Source of the DNA: Octopus sinensis
Taxonomy: Eukaryota
Assembly (NCBI RefSeq): GCF_006345805.1
Contig: NC_043005.1
Location: 53,692,001 to 53,756,000 of the forward strand
DNA length: 64,000 nt
Direction of reading: 5' to 3'
Shown here: positions 1 to 13,384 of the stretch, piece by piece
Layout of the letters: each line of letters begins with the position of its first letter
Numbering within the stretch: position 1 is the stretch's first letter
Notes under the pieces: model-generated
Told to the model about the DNA's origin: nothing
The model's input: only the letters and a program-made list of their open reading frames with translations
Databases searched by the model: none
Program-made: the position numbers and the translations under genes

Positions 1-198
1 ACTGCTAATTCTATCAGGTCGAACAACCACGTAGGTATTCCCTTGTTAAATTGAAACAGCTGCAGCTCATTTCCAGTTTATTAGCATTAACAGAACAATA
101 CTGAGAACGTTTAGAAATTTTATGTTACTAAGATTGTGCAAGCAAGCGCGCGTAGTGTGTGTGTGTGTGTGTGTGGTGTGTGTGGTGTGTGTGTGTGT

Positions 199-242
<44 letters not shown>

Positions 243-1214
243 GAAGTGATGAAAAGGAGATAAAGTAATTGATATGGATGATTCCCATAGTGTTCTGATA
301 TGCTTATGCTTGTGAATCAGGCCCCACTGGGATTTCAAGGAGAAGACAATATCACTATTAACTCTGTCATTTCATAAATATGTAGTGTGAGTTGCTGACG
401 TGAGAAGGACACTGATCAAATGAGTGATTAGATATAGAATTCGTAAATAAATCTACTCTTATTGAAAATGATAAATCAAATCGAAAATGGGTAAGATTTG
501 GAAGTTGAATTTCATTTACATTCTAACTGCATTACTTATTTCGTCCAGCATCAATTGATGAATTAAGATGAATTGCTAGGATCTGTTACTCAGTATTTAT
601 ATGACGATTCTCATTTGCAGGCTTTCATGATTGTGGGGGAGGGACCTATTATGATATAGTAGGCTTTCATACTTCTTTAATTACTTTCTATATTCATGAG
701 TTACTTGGGAAGAAATAACAATATAATCGCATTCTATAATTACTTGGCAACTCAACAGCAGAAATGGTGCAGTGTTTTATTAATAGCCTTATTGTTGTCG
801 TTGTTGTGGTTACTGTTGTTGTTGCAGTTGTCTTTATTTTCCATGGACTGAGAAATGCATCAAGCGATTCTTTTCTTACATTAAAAGGAATTAGGTACTT
901 GTGGAAAAACATGCATATATATATGGCAATTACCTCGCGGAAGAAACGTTTTTAGTCATTCAAAAGCACATTCCATTGTATTTCTTCGTGTCAAAAGTTT
1001 CTTCGTGCCTCAGCGACCGAGTCACAGATGCAATTCCACTGCGACGGAAAATCTAACGCAAGACATAAATCAAAAGTGACTTTGTATTTTGTTGTTGTTC
1101 GTATTTTTTTGCGTATGAAATGCTTCAAACGACTCTTCCACGAGGTAATTGTTTCAGTTTTAAAATGTGGCTTGTATCTGATCTCTTGCCGGATAAGTGC
1201 AACTCGGAAAAACA

Positions 1215-2030
1215 CATAACCATGTTGAGGTAGAGTCCTCAGGCATTTCCTCCATAAGGCCCTATCAGAAGCAACCGCCATTTGAGTTTCCGGATGGATT
1301 ACCAAGTGTGACCGATTGAGTTATAAATATTATCTAACCATCTTAAGGCTGCGAACTGGCAGAATCATTAGCACACCAGGCGAAATGCTTAGCGCTATTT
1401 CGTTCATCTTTCGTTCTGAGTCCAAATTCCGCTGAGGCCAGCTTTGCCATTTATTCTTTCGGAGTCGATAAAAATAAGCGCCAATTGAGCACTGGAGTAA
1501 ATGTATCGATTTTCACTCTCCTCCAAACTGCTGGCCTTGTATCGAAATTTGAAAGCGATGTTATCCAGCCATCTCGTTCTTGGTCTACCTTCAGGTCTCC
1601 TATCGGTTAGTCTCAACGACATGACTCCGGGTTTAGTTCCTCTGCGTGGCACCTTCGGCAAGTGTCCTCTTACTATAGCCTTGGGCTGGCCAAAGCCTTA
1701 CTATAGCCTTGGGCTAGCCATCCAGTTCTTGGTCTACCTTCAGATCTCCTATCGATTAGCAGGGACTTAAAGAATCAATTAGCGATCGATTCTTCACTAC
1801 CACATTCTAATTGCATATCTGTAGTGCCGTAATTCTGTCCTTTCAATGCAGAAAAGTAGCAGCAGCTCGACCTGAAGAACTCCCTGACATTCCAGCTAGG
1901 CATGTTCTCAAGTGACGTTACTCCAGAAATACTTCGAAGAAATCCCATTTCAGCCGATTGTATTCACGATCATACTCTTTCGGTCATTACTGATCATTCA
2001 TAGCCATATGTGTTCTCTGCATCTTCCATG
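1215..2030 (-). mobile_element. Decayed RTE-clade LINE, RT C-terminal region, interrupted by SINEs
   Basis: Minus strand translates to YGYE*SVMTERV*S*IQSAEMGFLRSISGVT, then GRPRTRWLDNI and ASDRALWRKCL. These match RTE RT C-terminal motifs and carry multiple stops. Confidence 0.75.
1345..1556 (+). mobile_element. tRNA-headed SINE (Meta/MESC-like core) inserted in the RTE relic
   Basis: Head AAGGCTGCGAACTGGCAGAATC, B-box-like GAGTCCAAATTC and core TTTGCC..TTTCGGAGTCGATAAAATAAG. Flanked by a diverged duplication of the RWLDNI-coding target. Confidence 0.75.
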
Positions 2031-2245
2031 CAAATAAGTGTGTGCATGAAGACGTGTTCATATGTTTGTATGTGTGTATGTGTATTGACTCTGTATCTAT
2101 GCATATGTGTATGCATATGTTTACGAACCTTTAATATATACATACATGTACACAAACGCTTCGCATTGTTTTACCTTTCGGGTGCCCACTGGAATTCGCA
2201 CACACACACACACACATGTGTGTATATATATATATATATATATAT

Positions 2246-2622
2246 GTGGCTGTGAGGTAAGAAGCTAGCTTCTCAACCACATGATTCCGGGTTCAGTTCC
2301 TCTGCATGGCACCTTGGGTAAGTGTCCTCTTACTGTAGCCTCGGGCTGGCCAAAGCCTTATGAGTGGATCTAGTAGACGGAAACTGAAAGAAGCCCATCT
2401 TGTGTGTGTGTGTATTTGTGTTTGTCCCCACTACCGCTTGATAACCAATGCTGGTGTGTTTATGTCTCCGTAACGTTGCGGTTCGGCAAAAGATCTCGAT
2501 AGAATAAGTACCAGACTTTGGAAAAAAAAATACTGGGGTCAAGTTATTCGACTGAAAATTCTTCAAGGCGGTGTCCCAGCATGGTTGTAGTCTAATGACT
2601 GAAACAAGAAAAAGATAAAAGA
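2246..2622 (+). mobile_element. CORE-like tRNA SINE with internal (TG)n. Other copies lie at about 11503-11790, 12875-13650, 23060-23425(-), 31660-32105(-), 34630-35061(-), 38056-38470, 40983-41840, 41848-42220, 43960-44365 and 52110-52270.
   Basis: A box GTGGCTGTGAGGTAAG, B box GGTTCAGTTCC and CORE-like GGCACCTTGGGTAAGTG. Body and tail are shared across more than 10 dispersed copies in the window. Confidence 0.85.
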
Positions 2623-2756
2623 TGAATCTTTTATAAAAAAAAAAAATCTGAACAGATTAAAATTTTAAACACAAAATTAGTATAAATCTATATGAAAACA
2701 AGAACTTAAAGCAAGTTAAGCATATAATACTAATAACAAGATCAACAATAACCCTT

Positions 2757-3430
2757 TCTACTGGGAGCACAAGGACTCAAATTTGGGGGAAGGGATTAAG
2801 TTGATTTACATCGACCCCAGTAAGTAACTGGTACTAGATTTATTGACTCCGAAAGGATGAAAGGCAAAGTCGACCTCGGCGAAAAGGCAAAGGACAAACA
2901 AGGACAGACAAACGGATTAAGTTGATTATATCGACCCTAGTGCATAACTGGTACTTATTTAATCGACCCCGAAAGGATGAAAGGCAAAGTCGAACTCGAC
3001 GGAATATGAACTCAGAACATAACGGCAGATGAAATACCTGTTTCTTTATTACCCACAAGGGGCTAAACATAGAAGGGACAAGCAAGGACAGACAAAGGTA
3101 TAAGTCGATTACATCGACCTCAGTGCATAACTGGTATTTAATTTATCGACCCCGAAAGGATGAAAGGCAAAGTCGACCTCGGCGGAATTTGAACTCAGAA
3201 CATAATCGACTTAATCCGGTTGTCCTCTCTGTGTTTATCCCCTTGTGGGTAGTAAAGAAAAAGGTATTTCGTTTGTCTTTATGTTCCGAGTTCAAATTCC
3301 ACCGAGGTCAACTTTGCCTTTCATCTTTTTGGGGTCGATAAATTAAGTACCAGTTGTGTACTGGGGTCGATCTAATCAACTGGCCCCATTCTCAAAAATT
3401 CCAGGCCTTGTGCCTAGCTTAGAAAAGATA
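2757..3430. mobile_element. Cluster of concatenated and inverted Meta/MESC-like SINE pieces. Other copies lie at about 10805-11230(-), 11265-11480, 12282-12500, 18628-18835, 25844-26058, 30350-30568, 33770-33990, 36753-36990 and 53885-54095(-).
   Basis: GTCGACTTTGCCTTTCATCCTTTCGGGGTCGATAAATTAAGTACCAG recurs in both orientations. Confidence 0.85.
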
Positions 3431-4790
3431 CTTTTATTCTCTTACATTTATTCTTTCTAGTTGTGTCAACACACTGTTTAAGAAATGCATTAACTATGAA
3501 AATCTTTCTTAGTGCATATGTTTATTTATACTGTAAAAATTTCCAGAAATTTACTAATCCGATATAAATAAAAACAACCTTAGTACTTATAACTTATGCA
3601 TAGATTTTTAGTTAAATTCCAAATTGTATTAAATAAAAAGTAAATTTTATAAATCTCTAAATCAAATTCTTTTAGCTACTTTAAAGAATTCCTGTGATTT
3701 TTGTTGTTTTTTTATCATTTTGAATTTATCACCCTGATTTTTTACTTTATTTCAAAAAGAAATATTTAAATTTTTTTTTAAGTCAATTGGGCAAATGCCA
3801 AAATTATAAATTCTTCAATTATTTGTATATTTGTGGAGACAGTTTACATTTGGGAGACTGATAATTTACATTTCTTGATATTTTTAAACAAAACATTTGC
3901 ATGTTTTTGTTAACACAAGACTAATGTTTTAATGATTTTCCAAGCCATTAATAGAATTTTGATTTTCCAGAGCATTTAATATTAAATTTCAGTGTCTTTT
4001 GCATAAATTAGTAAAATAAAAAAAAAAATAAAGCATTTATTGACTAAATGTATTTTATTGATGTTTATACTGTTTTCTTTCATAGTTTTTTTTTACTAAG
4101 GGAGAGTTATCCAATTATCAGTCTTCAACTGTATGTTGTCAAGAAATCAGTTTCAAGCCAAAATTTACTATAACTTCTTATCAATGAAATTAATCTATGC
4201 CTAGTCACAAGAATCTGTAAAGTCAGCTTTTAGCTAAGTTTCCTGTAATTTTGTGCAAATGCAAGGAATAATGTGTTATAGGTAATTTTCTTAGGGGAAC
4301 ATTCCAACAGTTAGTTGAATATTAATTCAACATACAGCGACATCTCTGCATTATAGAAGAAGAAAATGTGTGAAATTTTACCCATTCTCCAATATCTTTC
4401 CTTCAAATTCGATTTATTTTAGCATATTTTTGTCGACATTATATTATTTGATGCCATGATCAAATTTGTTTTATTTCTATGAATGCAGCAAAAGTTTTCT
4501 AAATTAAAATGTATTTTACTAAATTTGAACCAGATATTATATTGAATTATTTTAAGACAACTTAAGAGCAACTTTCAGGTTAAATCAGGAAATAAATGAA
4601 ACATCTGGAAAAGATATTGATAAAAATATAGAATAATTTAAATATTTGATTTTTGGGCATTACAATTTTTGTGAACGTGAGAAGTTTATTATCTGAATAT
4701 GATAAAAGCATTCAATATTCCAGAGGTTTCCTGCAATTTATAACTTGACAAGTATTAGTCTAAGATTAAATATAGATCTATTGATCTTTC

Positions 4791-5481
4791 TTGAACTTGT
4801 ACTTGTACTTGTGACGGCATTCACCCAGGGCTGGTTGAGCCAGCTTCTATTCTGTTCCTAACAGCATCATGAACCATGGCAGCCCACACTCGATGGTCCT
4901 GTGCAAGGTCACTGGAGATAGTGAGCCATTCGTGGTTCCATCTGCACAGACCGACCACCCACGGACCTGAGAGTTCGGAGAGGTCCTCCTTTATCATCGT
5001 TGCCCAGGTCTTCAGCTGCCTGTCCGTGCATTTGTGCCAGCTGGGAAGTGGAGGTGGGAGGAGGACATCACAAATCAGCTCACCCTCTGGACACCGGGTC
5101 CGCATGACCGAACCACTTTAAGCGCCGTTGTAGAAGCACCGAAGGGAGGGGCCGGAGATTCAGGCGACGACAAAGACTGGCTGTAGTAACCCAATTAATG
5201 TGTCGGCAGCAAAGAATACGGTGGAGACAGTCATTGTCAAACACCTTCGGCCTTTGCTGATAGACTACCCTCATAGGCCATGTTTCACAACCATAGAGGA
5301 GGATAGTACAAACAACGGCCTGGTAGATTCGCCCTTTGGTCACTGAGGAGATCTTTCTTCTGTTCCACAGGCACCACTGGAGGCACACAAATGCAGATCT
5401 GGCAGCACCTATGCGACACTCGACCTCGGCTGTGCCCTGGCCCATTGAAACCGCCGTTGAACGGTGGTATTGATCTTTCAC
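4791..5481 (-). mobile_element. 5'-truncated RTE LINE with (CAAGTA)n tail
   Basis: ORF 5080-5481 reads EVECRIGAARSAF...TKGRIYQAVVCTILLYGCETW...RRLKWFGH. ORF 4821-5105 reads ...DLAQDHRVWAAMV. A short tandem-repeat tail lies at 4791-4812. Confidence 0.85.
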
Positions 5482-6559
5482 ATGGGCTTAAGAAATAGCA
5501 GCACCTATATTGGGTAACATAATACTAGCCAATGGGAGCAAATAATTGTTGTCCTCATAACAAACATTTTTACTCATTGCCAAGATATTCAACTCCCTTT
5601 GGCTCTGTTAATATCACTCCACAAATATACCATAATCACGAAAACCACTTACATAATAGCCATTAACTCTCTATATACATCTCTAAACTTGACCATAAAC
5701 TCTAACCTTGCTGAAGACCTGGTGAAGATACTACATATTTAAAAATATACATTATACAAGTTAGTGGTTGGAATAAGTGGGACCCTATCCATCTGATACT
5801 CTGAAATGGTTAGTTTTACCTCTGTTGCCCACCTCTACATTATTGTACAGCAATAAAGTTGCTATTACAAGTGAATAGTTTGTTAGGAGCATTCCTCACA
5901 AAGTGGTAGAGCTAGAAACTGAATATTATATGGTTTAATCCACCATATGGGAAATATGTGAAGACTAACATAAACCCTTTCTGACATTATTAGATCAGCA
6001 TTTTTCAATTACATATATTTCACACTCTTTCAAATAAAGTAATGCCACCAACAGCTAGTTACTGTATAATGCAAAAGCCAGTTGGGTAATATGAATTCAT
6101 TTTATTCTCTAAGTTGAAGCTCTTAATTCATTTTATTCTCTAAACATTCTAAAACAATCTTCTCACACAGACACCAAATACATCTTAAAATACTGTATCT
6201 TTAATATTTACAAAACATAACCTTTACTTTGCTCATATAAATAACTATATGGTCTTAAAAATTATTTTATACTATGATTTTGATAGATAATATATTTAAC
6301 TACATATGTATTCCTTTACTTGTACCCTAACATGCTTTAACTTGTACAATAACTATGGTATACACCATGTTATATACTATAAACTATGTATAACTACATT
6401 TGCAGTAACGTTTTTACATTTACATGCTATTGGTATGTACATATTTGGGTCTGTAAATTAGATTATTTATATCTTTGCTATATATACACATATGTGCAAG
6501 TGAAAGCATATATTCTTTGTATCTATATACAAGTGAATAAAAATTGTGTTTGGATGTGT

Positions 6560-7667
6560 ATCATCATCATCATCATCATCGTTTAACGTCCGCTTTCCAT
6601 GCTAGCATGGGTTGGACGGTTCAACTGGGGTCTGGCAAGCCCGAAGGCTGCACCAGGCCAGTCAGATCTGGCAGTGTTTCTACAGCTGGATGCCCTTCCT
6701 AACGCCAACCACTCCGAGAGTGTAGTGGGTGATTTTATGTGCCACCGACACAGGTGCCAGACGAGGCTGGCAGACGGCCACGCTCGGATGGTGTTTTTTA
6801 TGTGCCACCGACACAGGTGCCAGACGAGGCTGGCTGACGGCCACGCTCGGATGGTGTTTTCTTATGTGTCACCGACACAGGTGCCAGACGGGGCTGGCGG
6901 ACGGCCACGCTCGGATGGTGTTTGTTACGTGCCCTCAGCACGGAGGCCAGTCGTTGCGGTACTGGCTACGATCACGTTTGGATGGTTTTCTTATGTGCCA
7001 CCGGCACTGGTACCACAAGGATACAAATTCCATTGATGTTCATCTATTTTGATTTGATTCGATTCGATTCGATTCTCACTTGCCTCAACAGGTCTTCACA
7101 AGTGTCACAAGAAGGAAGGTATGCACAGGTGGACTGACTACGTCCCAGGTAGGGGCCATGGATTATGGCTTCACTAGTCTTGCCAGGTCTTCTCACGTAC
7201 AGCATACTTCCATAGGTCTCGGTCTCTAGTCATTTCCATGGTGAGACCTAACGTCCGAAGGTCGTGCTTCACCACTTCATCCCAGGTTTTCCTGGGTCTA
7301 CCTCTTCCACGGGTTCCCTCAACTGCTAGGGATTGGCACTTTCTCACACACCTATCTTCATCCATTCTCGCCACATGACCATACCAGCGCAATCGTCTCT
7401 CTTGCACACAACAACTGATACTTCTTAGGTACAACATTTCTCTCTGTCGAGTAAGTACACTGACATTACACATCCATCGGAGCATACTGGCTTCGTTCCT
7501 CACAAGCTTACGCATGTCCTCAGCAGTCACGGCCCATGTTTCACTGCCATGTAGCATAGCTGTTCGTACACATGCATCATACAGTCTGCCTTTTACTCTG
7601 AGCGAGAGGCCTTTAGTCACCAGCAGAGGTAAGAGCTCCCTAAACTTTGCCCAGGCTATTCTTATTC
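6560..7667 (-). mobile_element. 5'-truncated RTE LINE with a 3' UTR containing ~54-bp tandem units and a (GAT)n tail
   Basis: ORF 7174-7620 reads KGRLYDACVRTAMLHGSETW...RRLRWYGHVARM...GRGRPRKTW. The (ATC)n tail is at 6560-6580. UTR-only copies lie at 23793-24307, 44385-44703, 59115-59745 and 61620-61790. Confidence 0.88.
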
Positions 7668-8660
7668 TATGTATGTATGAGTGTATGTGTGTATGTGTGT
7701 ATGTATGAGAATATTTCTATGGGTGTGTATATGTAGAGACCTGCATCAATCATACAACCATTCTGGAAACAGCTGCACTCTTCTTTTTTATCAATTCTAA
7801 GGTTTTTTAACTGTAACACCGTTGATCTACTTACGGTTTGGATTTATAAGAGATAGACTGAAAGAAGATTGTTGTGTGTGCGTATATGTGGTTGCATGTG
7901 TGCGTGTCTGTGTGTGTATGTGGGTGTGCATGTGTGCGTGCATGTGCCTGCATGTGTGTGTGTACATGGGAGCAGCATATGTGTCTGTGTATTTATGTCT
8001 TCTTCACTTGACATTGTGCAATGGCCATCAACAAGCATTATTATCATAAAGCAGAGCCATTCTTTTGCAAGCTTATGAAAGCATGTGGCAGTTGTGCTGT
8101 TCAGGTTCAAAGAATTACTTTGCTTGGAAACAGGTGACTGTTGGCTAGAGAAAGGCCACCCAGTCATAGAAAAATCTGCCTCAAAAATTTCATCTGACCC
8201 ATGATAGCAAAGGAAAGTGGATGGTAAAACGATGTTGTTGGTATAAACTCACACACACACACACATATGTATGTATTAGCTATAGGCAACAAAAGCAGTC
8301 TTTGCAACATATATTAATTTTCATATCCAAACTTAACTTTGAATGTGCAGATTTAATGTCATAAGCCATAATATATCATCCTAAGACATCATCTTATATA
8401 GATAAAAAGTGCTAGAAGCACAGAATCTGTGCTTTATAGCACTTTGCATCTATATGAGATGATTTCACAGAGTTAAATTAGCACATCTAAGTTAAGACGG
8501 ATGTGCATGCATGCATACATACATACATACATACATGCATACACACACACACACACACACAAAAAAAAAACCCACACATACATACATACATACATACATA
8601 TATACATACATACATATATACATACATACATATATACATACATACATACATTCATACATA

Positions 8661-9545
8661 CAAGAGTTGGATGAAGAGTTCATAGGCTGACCAAGATATT
8701 CTCATGGAATGTGACCAAATGAGGTTCATTTTTCAGCATAGTTCCCCTGGTAATCAACTCACTTCTTCTATTAGTGCTGCAGTGCTTGGATCTCATTGGT
8801 GAAGAAACTTTCTTCCTGATGATCAAAATATGTCAACAACAGATATGACAACATTACTACAATACTGGTTCCCATCCAAGTGTTTCCTTTTTTTTATGTT
8901 GGGGGAGAGATGATAGTCACATGGAGCCAAAACAGGAGAATACAGGTGATCAAACATTCAAAGCTATAGTCATGCACAGCAGCCATTGAAACAAAGGACT
9001 TGTCTGCTGGAGTGTTGTCCTGATGAAACAAGACTCCTTTCATCAGTTTGGTCTTGATAGCCTTTCATAACTGCCTCAGCAAGTTGACATTGTACTCTCC
9101 GTTGATGGTGTGGCCCTTTTGAAGATAGTCAATAAACAGAATGCTTTTCGCATTTGAAAACACTGAGGTCATCACTTTTCCTGCAGACGAACCTACCTTG
9201 GGCATTTTTGGAGCAGGTGAGTTGGGGTGCTTCTACAGCATGGATTGTCTCATTATCTCTGGCTCAAAGTGATGACCCAACTCTCAGGATGAACTTGGAA
9301 ACATTAAAGAAAACTGACTAGATCTTCTGCAGACAATCTCAAATCCCCCCATGATGTGATCAGCTTGATGTGTTTTTGCTCAGATGTCAGAAAATGTGGC
9401 ACCCACCAAGCAGAAACCTTCATCAGGCCAAGTTCATTGTGCAGAATGTTCTCAACTCTCTTACAGGATATGGTAACTGAACTGGCTATTTGATTAATAG
9501 TCAGTTGCCTGCCATCCAGGCTCAACCCTTTCGTCTAAATTTGGT
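8661..9545 (-). mobile_element. Mariner transposase relic, one terminus retained
   Basis: ORF 9304-9525 contains RQLTINQIASSVTISCKRVENILHNELGLMKVSAWWVPHFLT, a helix-turn-helix plus a WVPHxL motif. The left end follows TA with CAAGAGTTGGATGAAGAGTTCATAGGCT. Confidence 0.8.
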
Positions 9546-9686
9546 CCATTTTTCAAGAGAATTTGTTACTAGGTACTTTTAAAGTCATCTTTGAACTATC
9601 AAATGACAGTTTTTCTGGAAAGGAACAATACAGTTTTTGGATTTTGTTTGCAATATTCTTTATATGAGTTCGTGTGCTGAAGCATA

Positions 9687-9842
9687 TTCTGTTGTGTCTG
9701 GGGAGAGTCACTATTGAAAAGGTTGCAAGATGCAACGAAAATTTTAGGAAAATAAAAATAAGAAATAAATGGAAATTTTACCGGTGAGTGTGTTACATTA
9801 TAAGGCACAAAAAGAAAATGACTCTCCCCAGACACAACAGAA
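9687..9842. repeat. 24-bp perfect inverted repeat pair (MITE-like)
   Basis: TTCTGTTGTGTCTGGGGAGAGTCA at 9687-9710 and its reverse complement at 9819-9842. Confidence 0.7.
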
Positions 9843-12800
9843 CAATACAGTTATTAATAAGAAAAGTTGAAACTAATACATGTGAGATTTCACAGTTTTG
9901 TCATCAATCCTCCATAACCAGCCAATAAACTTTTCAGCCCGTCCTAGTGTATGTGTGTGTGTGTGTATTAAACGTATATTCATATTTCAATATGCCTCTA
10001 ATTTGTTTATATTCTTCAATTGTATTTCAGTGTCCATTGCTTACATTATGTTGAAACATGCACACACAGACACACACACACACACACAAATGTACACTTT
10101 GTACATACATATACATTCTTAAATCTATAGAAATAAATATATGTGTATACACATATATATGCATATATTATATATAAATATGCATGTGCATGTGTGTGTG
10201 TGTGTGCGTGTGTGTGTGTGTATAGTATGTATACATGTATGTACATGTGTGTATGTATAAAATAATGCCATGGAATATTCCATTGTCAGAATCTTAGGAA
10301 GCCATTCATTGACCTACATCTTACTAACCTACCTTCTTTTAATTATCATCAGAAACCTTCTAACATGGTTGAGATTCATGAAATTATGTTTAACGAGAAG
10401 CCTTTACCATGGTGTTAGAAAGATGATCACTGATTAATACATATATCTAAATTATATTGTACATGACAAACAAAAAAAAATGTAGATTAGGAAAGGTAGA
10501 TTATTCAAAGACCATGAATAAATTTTTGAGAAAATAATTTTTTTTTAAATGCAGCTTTTATCAAATTATTATATTTATGGTTAGAAGAAGCAACTATGGC
10601 ATTGGTTGTTAAAACTTTAAGTCTTTACTGGTTGCAAATTTTTAATCTGGAAGGATGTTGATTGTTATCATAATTATAAAATATAACAATACCAACATGT
10701 TAAGCATTAACAATTTAATTTTAGGCCATCAACCTGTTGCCATTGTGTATTTATGTGCATTTTGTTTGTTAACTCAATATCTAACTTGGTTAAGTCAGAA
10801 CTAGGATCAATATTCTTTTCTACTCTAGGCACAATGCCTAAAATTTTGGGAGAAGGGAGCCAGTCAATTATAGCGACCCCAGTATGATACTGGTACTTAA
10901 TTTATTGACCCCAAAAGATGAGAGGCAAAGTCAACCTCAGCAGAATTTGAACTCAGAACGTAAAGACAGACGAAATACCACTATGCATTTTGCCCAATGT
11001 GCTAACACTTCTTATTTCTTTATTGCCCACAAGGGGCTAAACATAGAGGAGACAAGACAAACAAGGACAGACATCGACCCCAGTGGGTAACCGGTACTTA
11101 ATTTATCTACGCTGAAAGGATGAAAGGCAAAGTCGACCTCGGCGGAATTTGAGCTCAGAATGTAATGCCAGATGAAATACTGCTAAGCATTTCACTCAGC
11201 ATGCTAACGTTTCCACCAGCTCTCCACCTTATAACTATGATCCCTATTGCCATAGATGTAAGGCAGTGAGCTGGCTGAATCATTAACATGTTGGGCAAAA
11301 TGCTTAGTCACATTTTGTTCATCTTTATATTCTGAGTTCAATTTCCACCAAGGTCGACTTTGCTTTTCATGCCTTCTAGGTCAATAAAATAAGTACCAGT
11401 TGAGCACTAGTGTTGATGTAATTGACCTATCCCTCCCCTAAAACTACTGGCCTTTTTTGCTCAAACTTGACAGCAATATTTCATAGATGTGCTCATCTCT
11501 TGCGGGCATGGATGTATGGTAAGAGGTTTGTTTCTCAACCACACCGTTCCAGGTTCAGTCCCACATTGTGGTACTTTGGGAAAGTGTCTCAGGCATGCTG
11601 ACTAAAGTGTTGTGAGTGGATTTGGTCGACAGAAACTGAAAGAAGCCTATGGTATACATACATGTGTGTGTGTGTGTGTATTTGTATTTGTCTCCAAACA
11701 CTGCTTAACAACCAAAGGATTGGTATGTCATGTGCCCATAACTTAATAATTCATCAAAAGAAACTGAAAGAATAAACATCAGGCTTCAAAAACATTCTTT
11801 GCATTGCGTGACAGTTGTAAACGAGCATCACCATTATACAAGTGGTATCTTTTGTTTCCAATCATGTATGAAAACATGCCTGGCTATGGGGAAATATTAT
11901 TTGCTTGGGAACAGATGATGGTTGGTGACAGGAAGAGTATGTGGCTACAGAAAATTCTGCTCCAACAAATTTGTCCAACTCATGCAAGCATGGAAAACTG
12001 ACATAAGAACAACTATGATGAAGTGATTTCTTCTAAAATGGTCTGAATTCTACAAAGTTTGCCAATCAATGTGACCACCACTCAGGAATACTCATCTCAC
12101 TCTTCGCTCCTCTTCTCATTGCCCATAATCTGTTCCCACAGCAAACACTTTGCCAAACTTTTCCTTTCCCCTTCCTACAACATTCAATGCTTCTGGAACT
12201 TTCCATGACATTTTTGCTGCTGGTATTTCGTAGTTGTTAAAGAAAACCATCAACTGTACTGATATTACTATTCTTGAATAAGGTGGTGAGCTGGCAAAAA
12301 CGTTACTGCATCAGGTACATTGCTTAGTGGCACTTTGTCTGTCTTCATATTCTGAGTTCAAATTCCCCTGAGGTCGATTTTGACTTCCATACTTTTGTGG
12401 TTGATAAAAATAAGAACCAGTTGAAATATGGGGTTGTTGTAATTGACTTACTCCCACTCCAAAATTTCTGGCTTTGTGTCAAAATTTGGAACCTATATTA
12501 CTGGTCTTGGAGAACTTGAAGATTGTCTTGGACACTACTCCTTCCTTCCAAATGATTAAAACAAATATTATTAGCTTCCAGTCTCTGACAGAGGTGAATT
12601 GGTACAGTGGTAGAATGGTTAGAGTGGTAGAGTTGTAAGAATTGTAAAGAGTGTATAGTGTATACTATGTATAGATACTACAAAGTACTTGCTTCAGTTC
12701 TCCCTTCTTTGAATTCAAATTGTGTTGAGGTCAACTTTACTGTTCTTCAACCTTTTGTAGTCAGGGAGGTAGAGTGGCAGAATACACATGTCTTTTGTTG

Positions 12801-13000
12801 GTAAAAGATCAATATTAACATTTCCTCTGAGATTATTGAAATCAAAAACTGCAAGAAAAATATGAGCAAGGAGATGCAGGCATGGATGTATGGTAAGAGT
12901 TTTGTTTCCAAACCACACCATGCCAGATTCAGTCCCACATTGTGGCGCTTTGGGCAAGTGTCTCAGGCAGGTTAACCAAAGTCTTATGAAACTAAAAGAA

Positions 13001-13108
13001 GTTACTAGCTACAGCAGTACATATTCTAAAATTGGAACAATACAGAGAAGATTAGCATGGCCCCTGTGCAAGGATGACAAGCAAATTTGTGAAGCGTTCC
13101 ATATTTCT
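13001..13108 (+). pseudogene. U6: Full-length U6 snRNA retrocopy
   Basis: From ACATAT to the 3' T-run there are 6 mismatches in about 90 nt against metazoan U6 as recalled, 4 of them at CpG. The ACAGAGA box is at 13042-13048. The upstream flank is SINE sequence rather than a U6 promoter. Confidence 0.93.
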
Positions 13109-13112
13109 AAAA

Positions 13113-13384
13113 GGCAGCGAGCTGGCAGAAACGTTAGCATGTCAGGCAAAATGCTTGGCGGAATTTAATCTGCCGCTACGTTCAGAGTTCAAATTCCTCC
13201 AAGGTCGACTTTGCTTTCATCCTTTCGGGGTTGATTAAATAAGTACCAGTTATGCACTGGTATAGATTAAGTCGATTATATCGAACTCAGTTATGCACTG
13301 GGGTCGATATAGTCGACTGAATCCGTTTATCTGTCCTTGTTTGTCCCCTCTGCGTGTGGCCTCTTGTGGGCAGTAAAGAAATAA
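13113..13384 (+). mobile_element. Full-length Meta/MESC-like SINE fused to the U6 3' end
   Basis: GGCAGCGAGCTGGCAGAAACGTTAGC head begins 4 nt after the U6 T-run and the element ends in the family tail GTAAAGAAATA. Confidence 0.85.

Noticed and set aside
1850-1911. Exon-like KVAAARPEELPDIPARHVL on the plus strand
   Set aside because: It is the antisense of the RTE RT relic.
6737-6960. CRISPR-like appearance of regular repeats, also at 59287-59560 and 32108-32490
   Set aside because: Units are contiguous tandem copies without unique spacers, there are no cas genes and the context is eukaryotic.
13001-13108. Functional U6 gene
   Set aside because: Upstream DNA is SINE sequence with no PSE or TATA, it shows CpG decay, the T-run is interrupted and it is flanked by a TSD.
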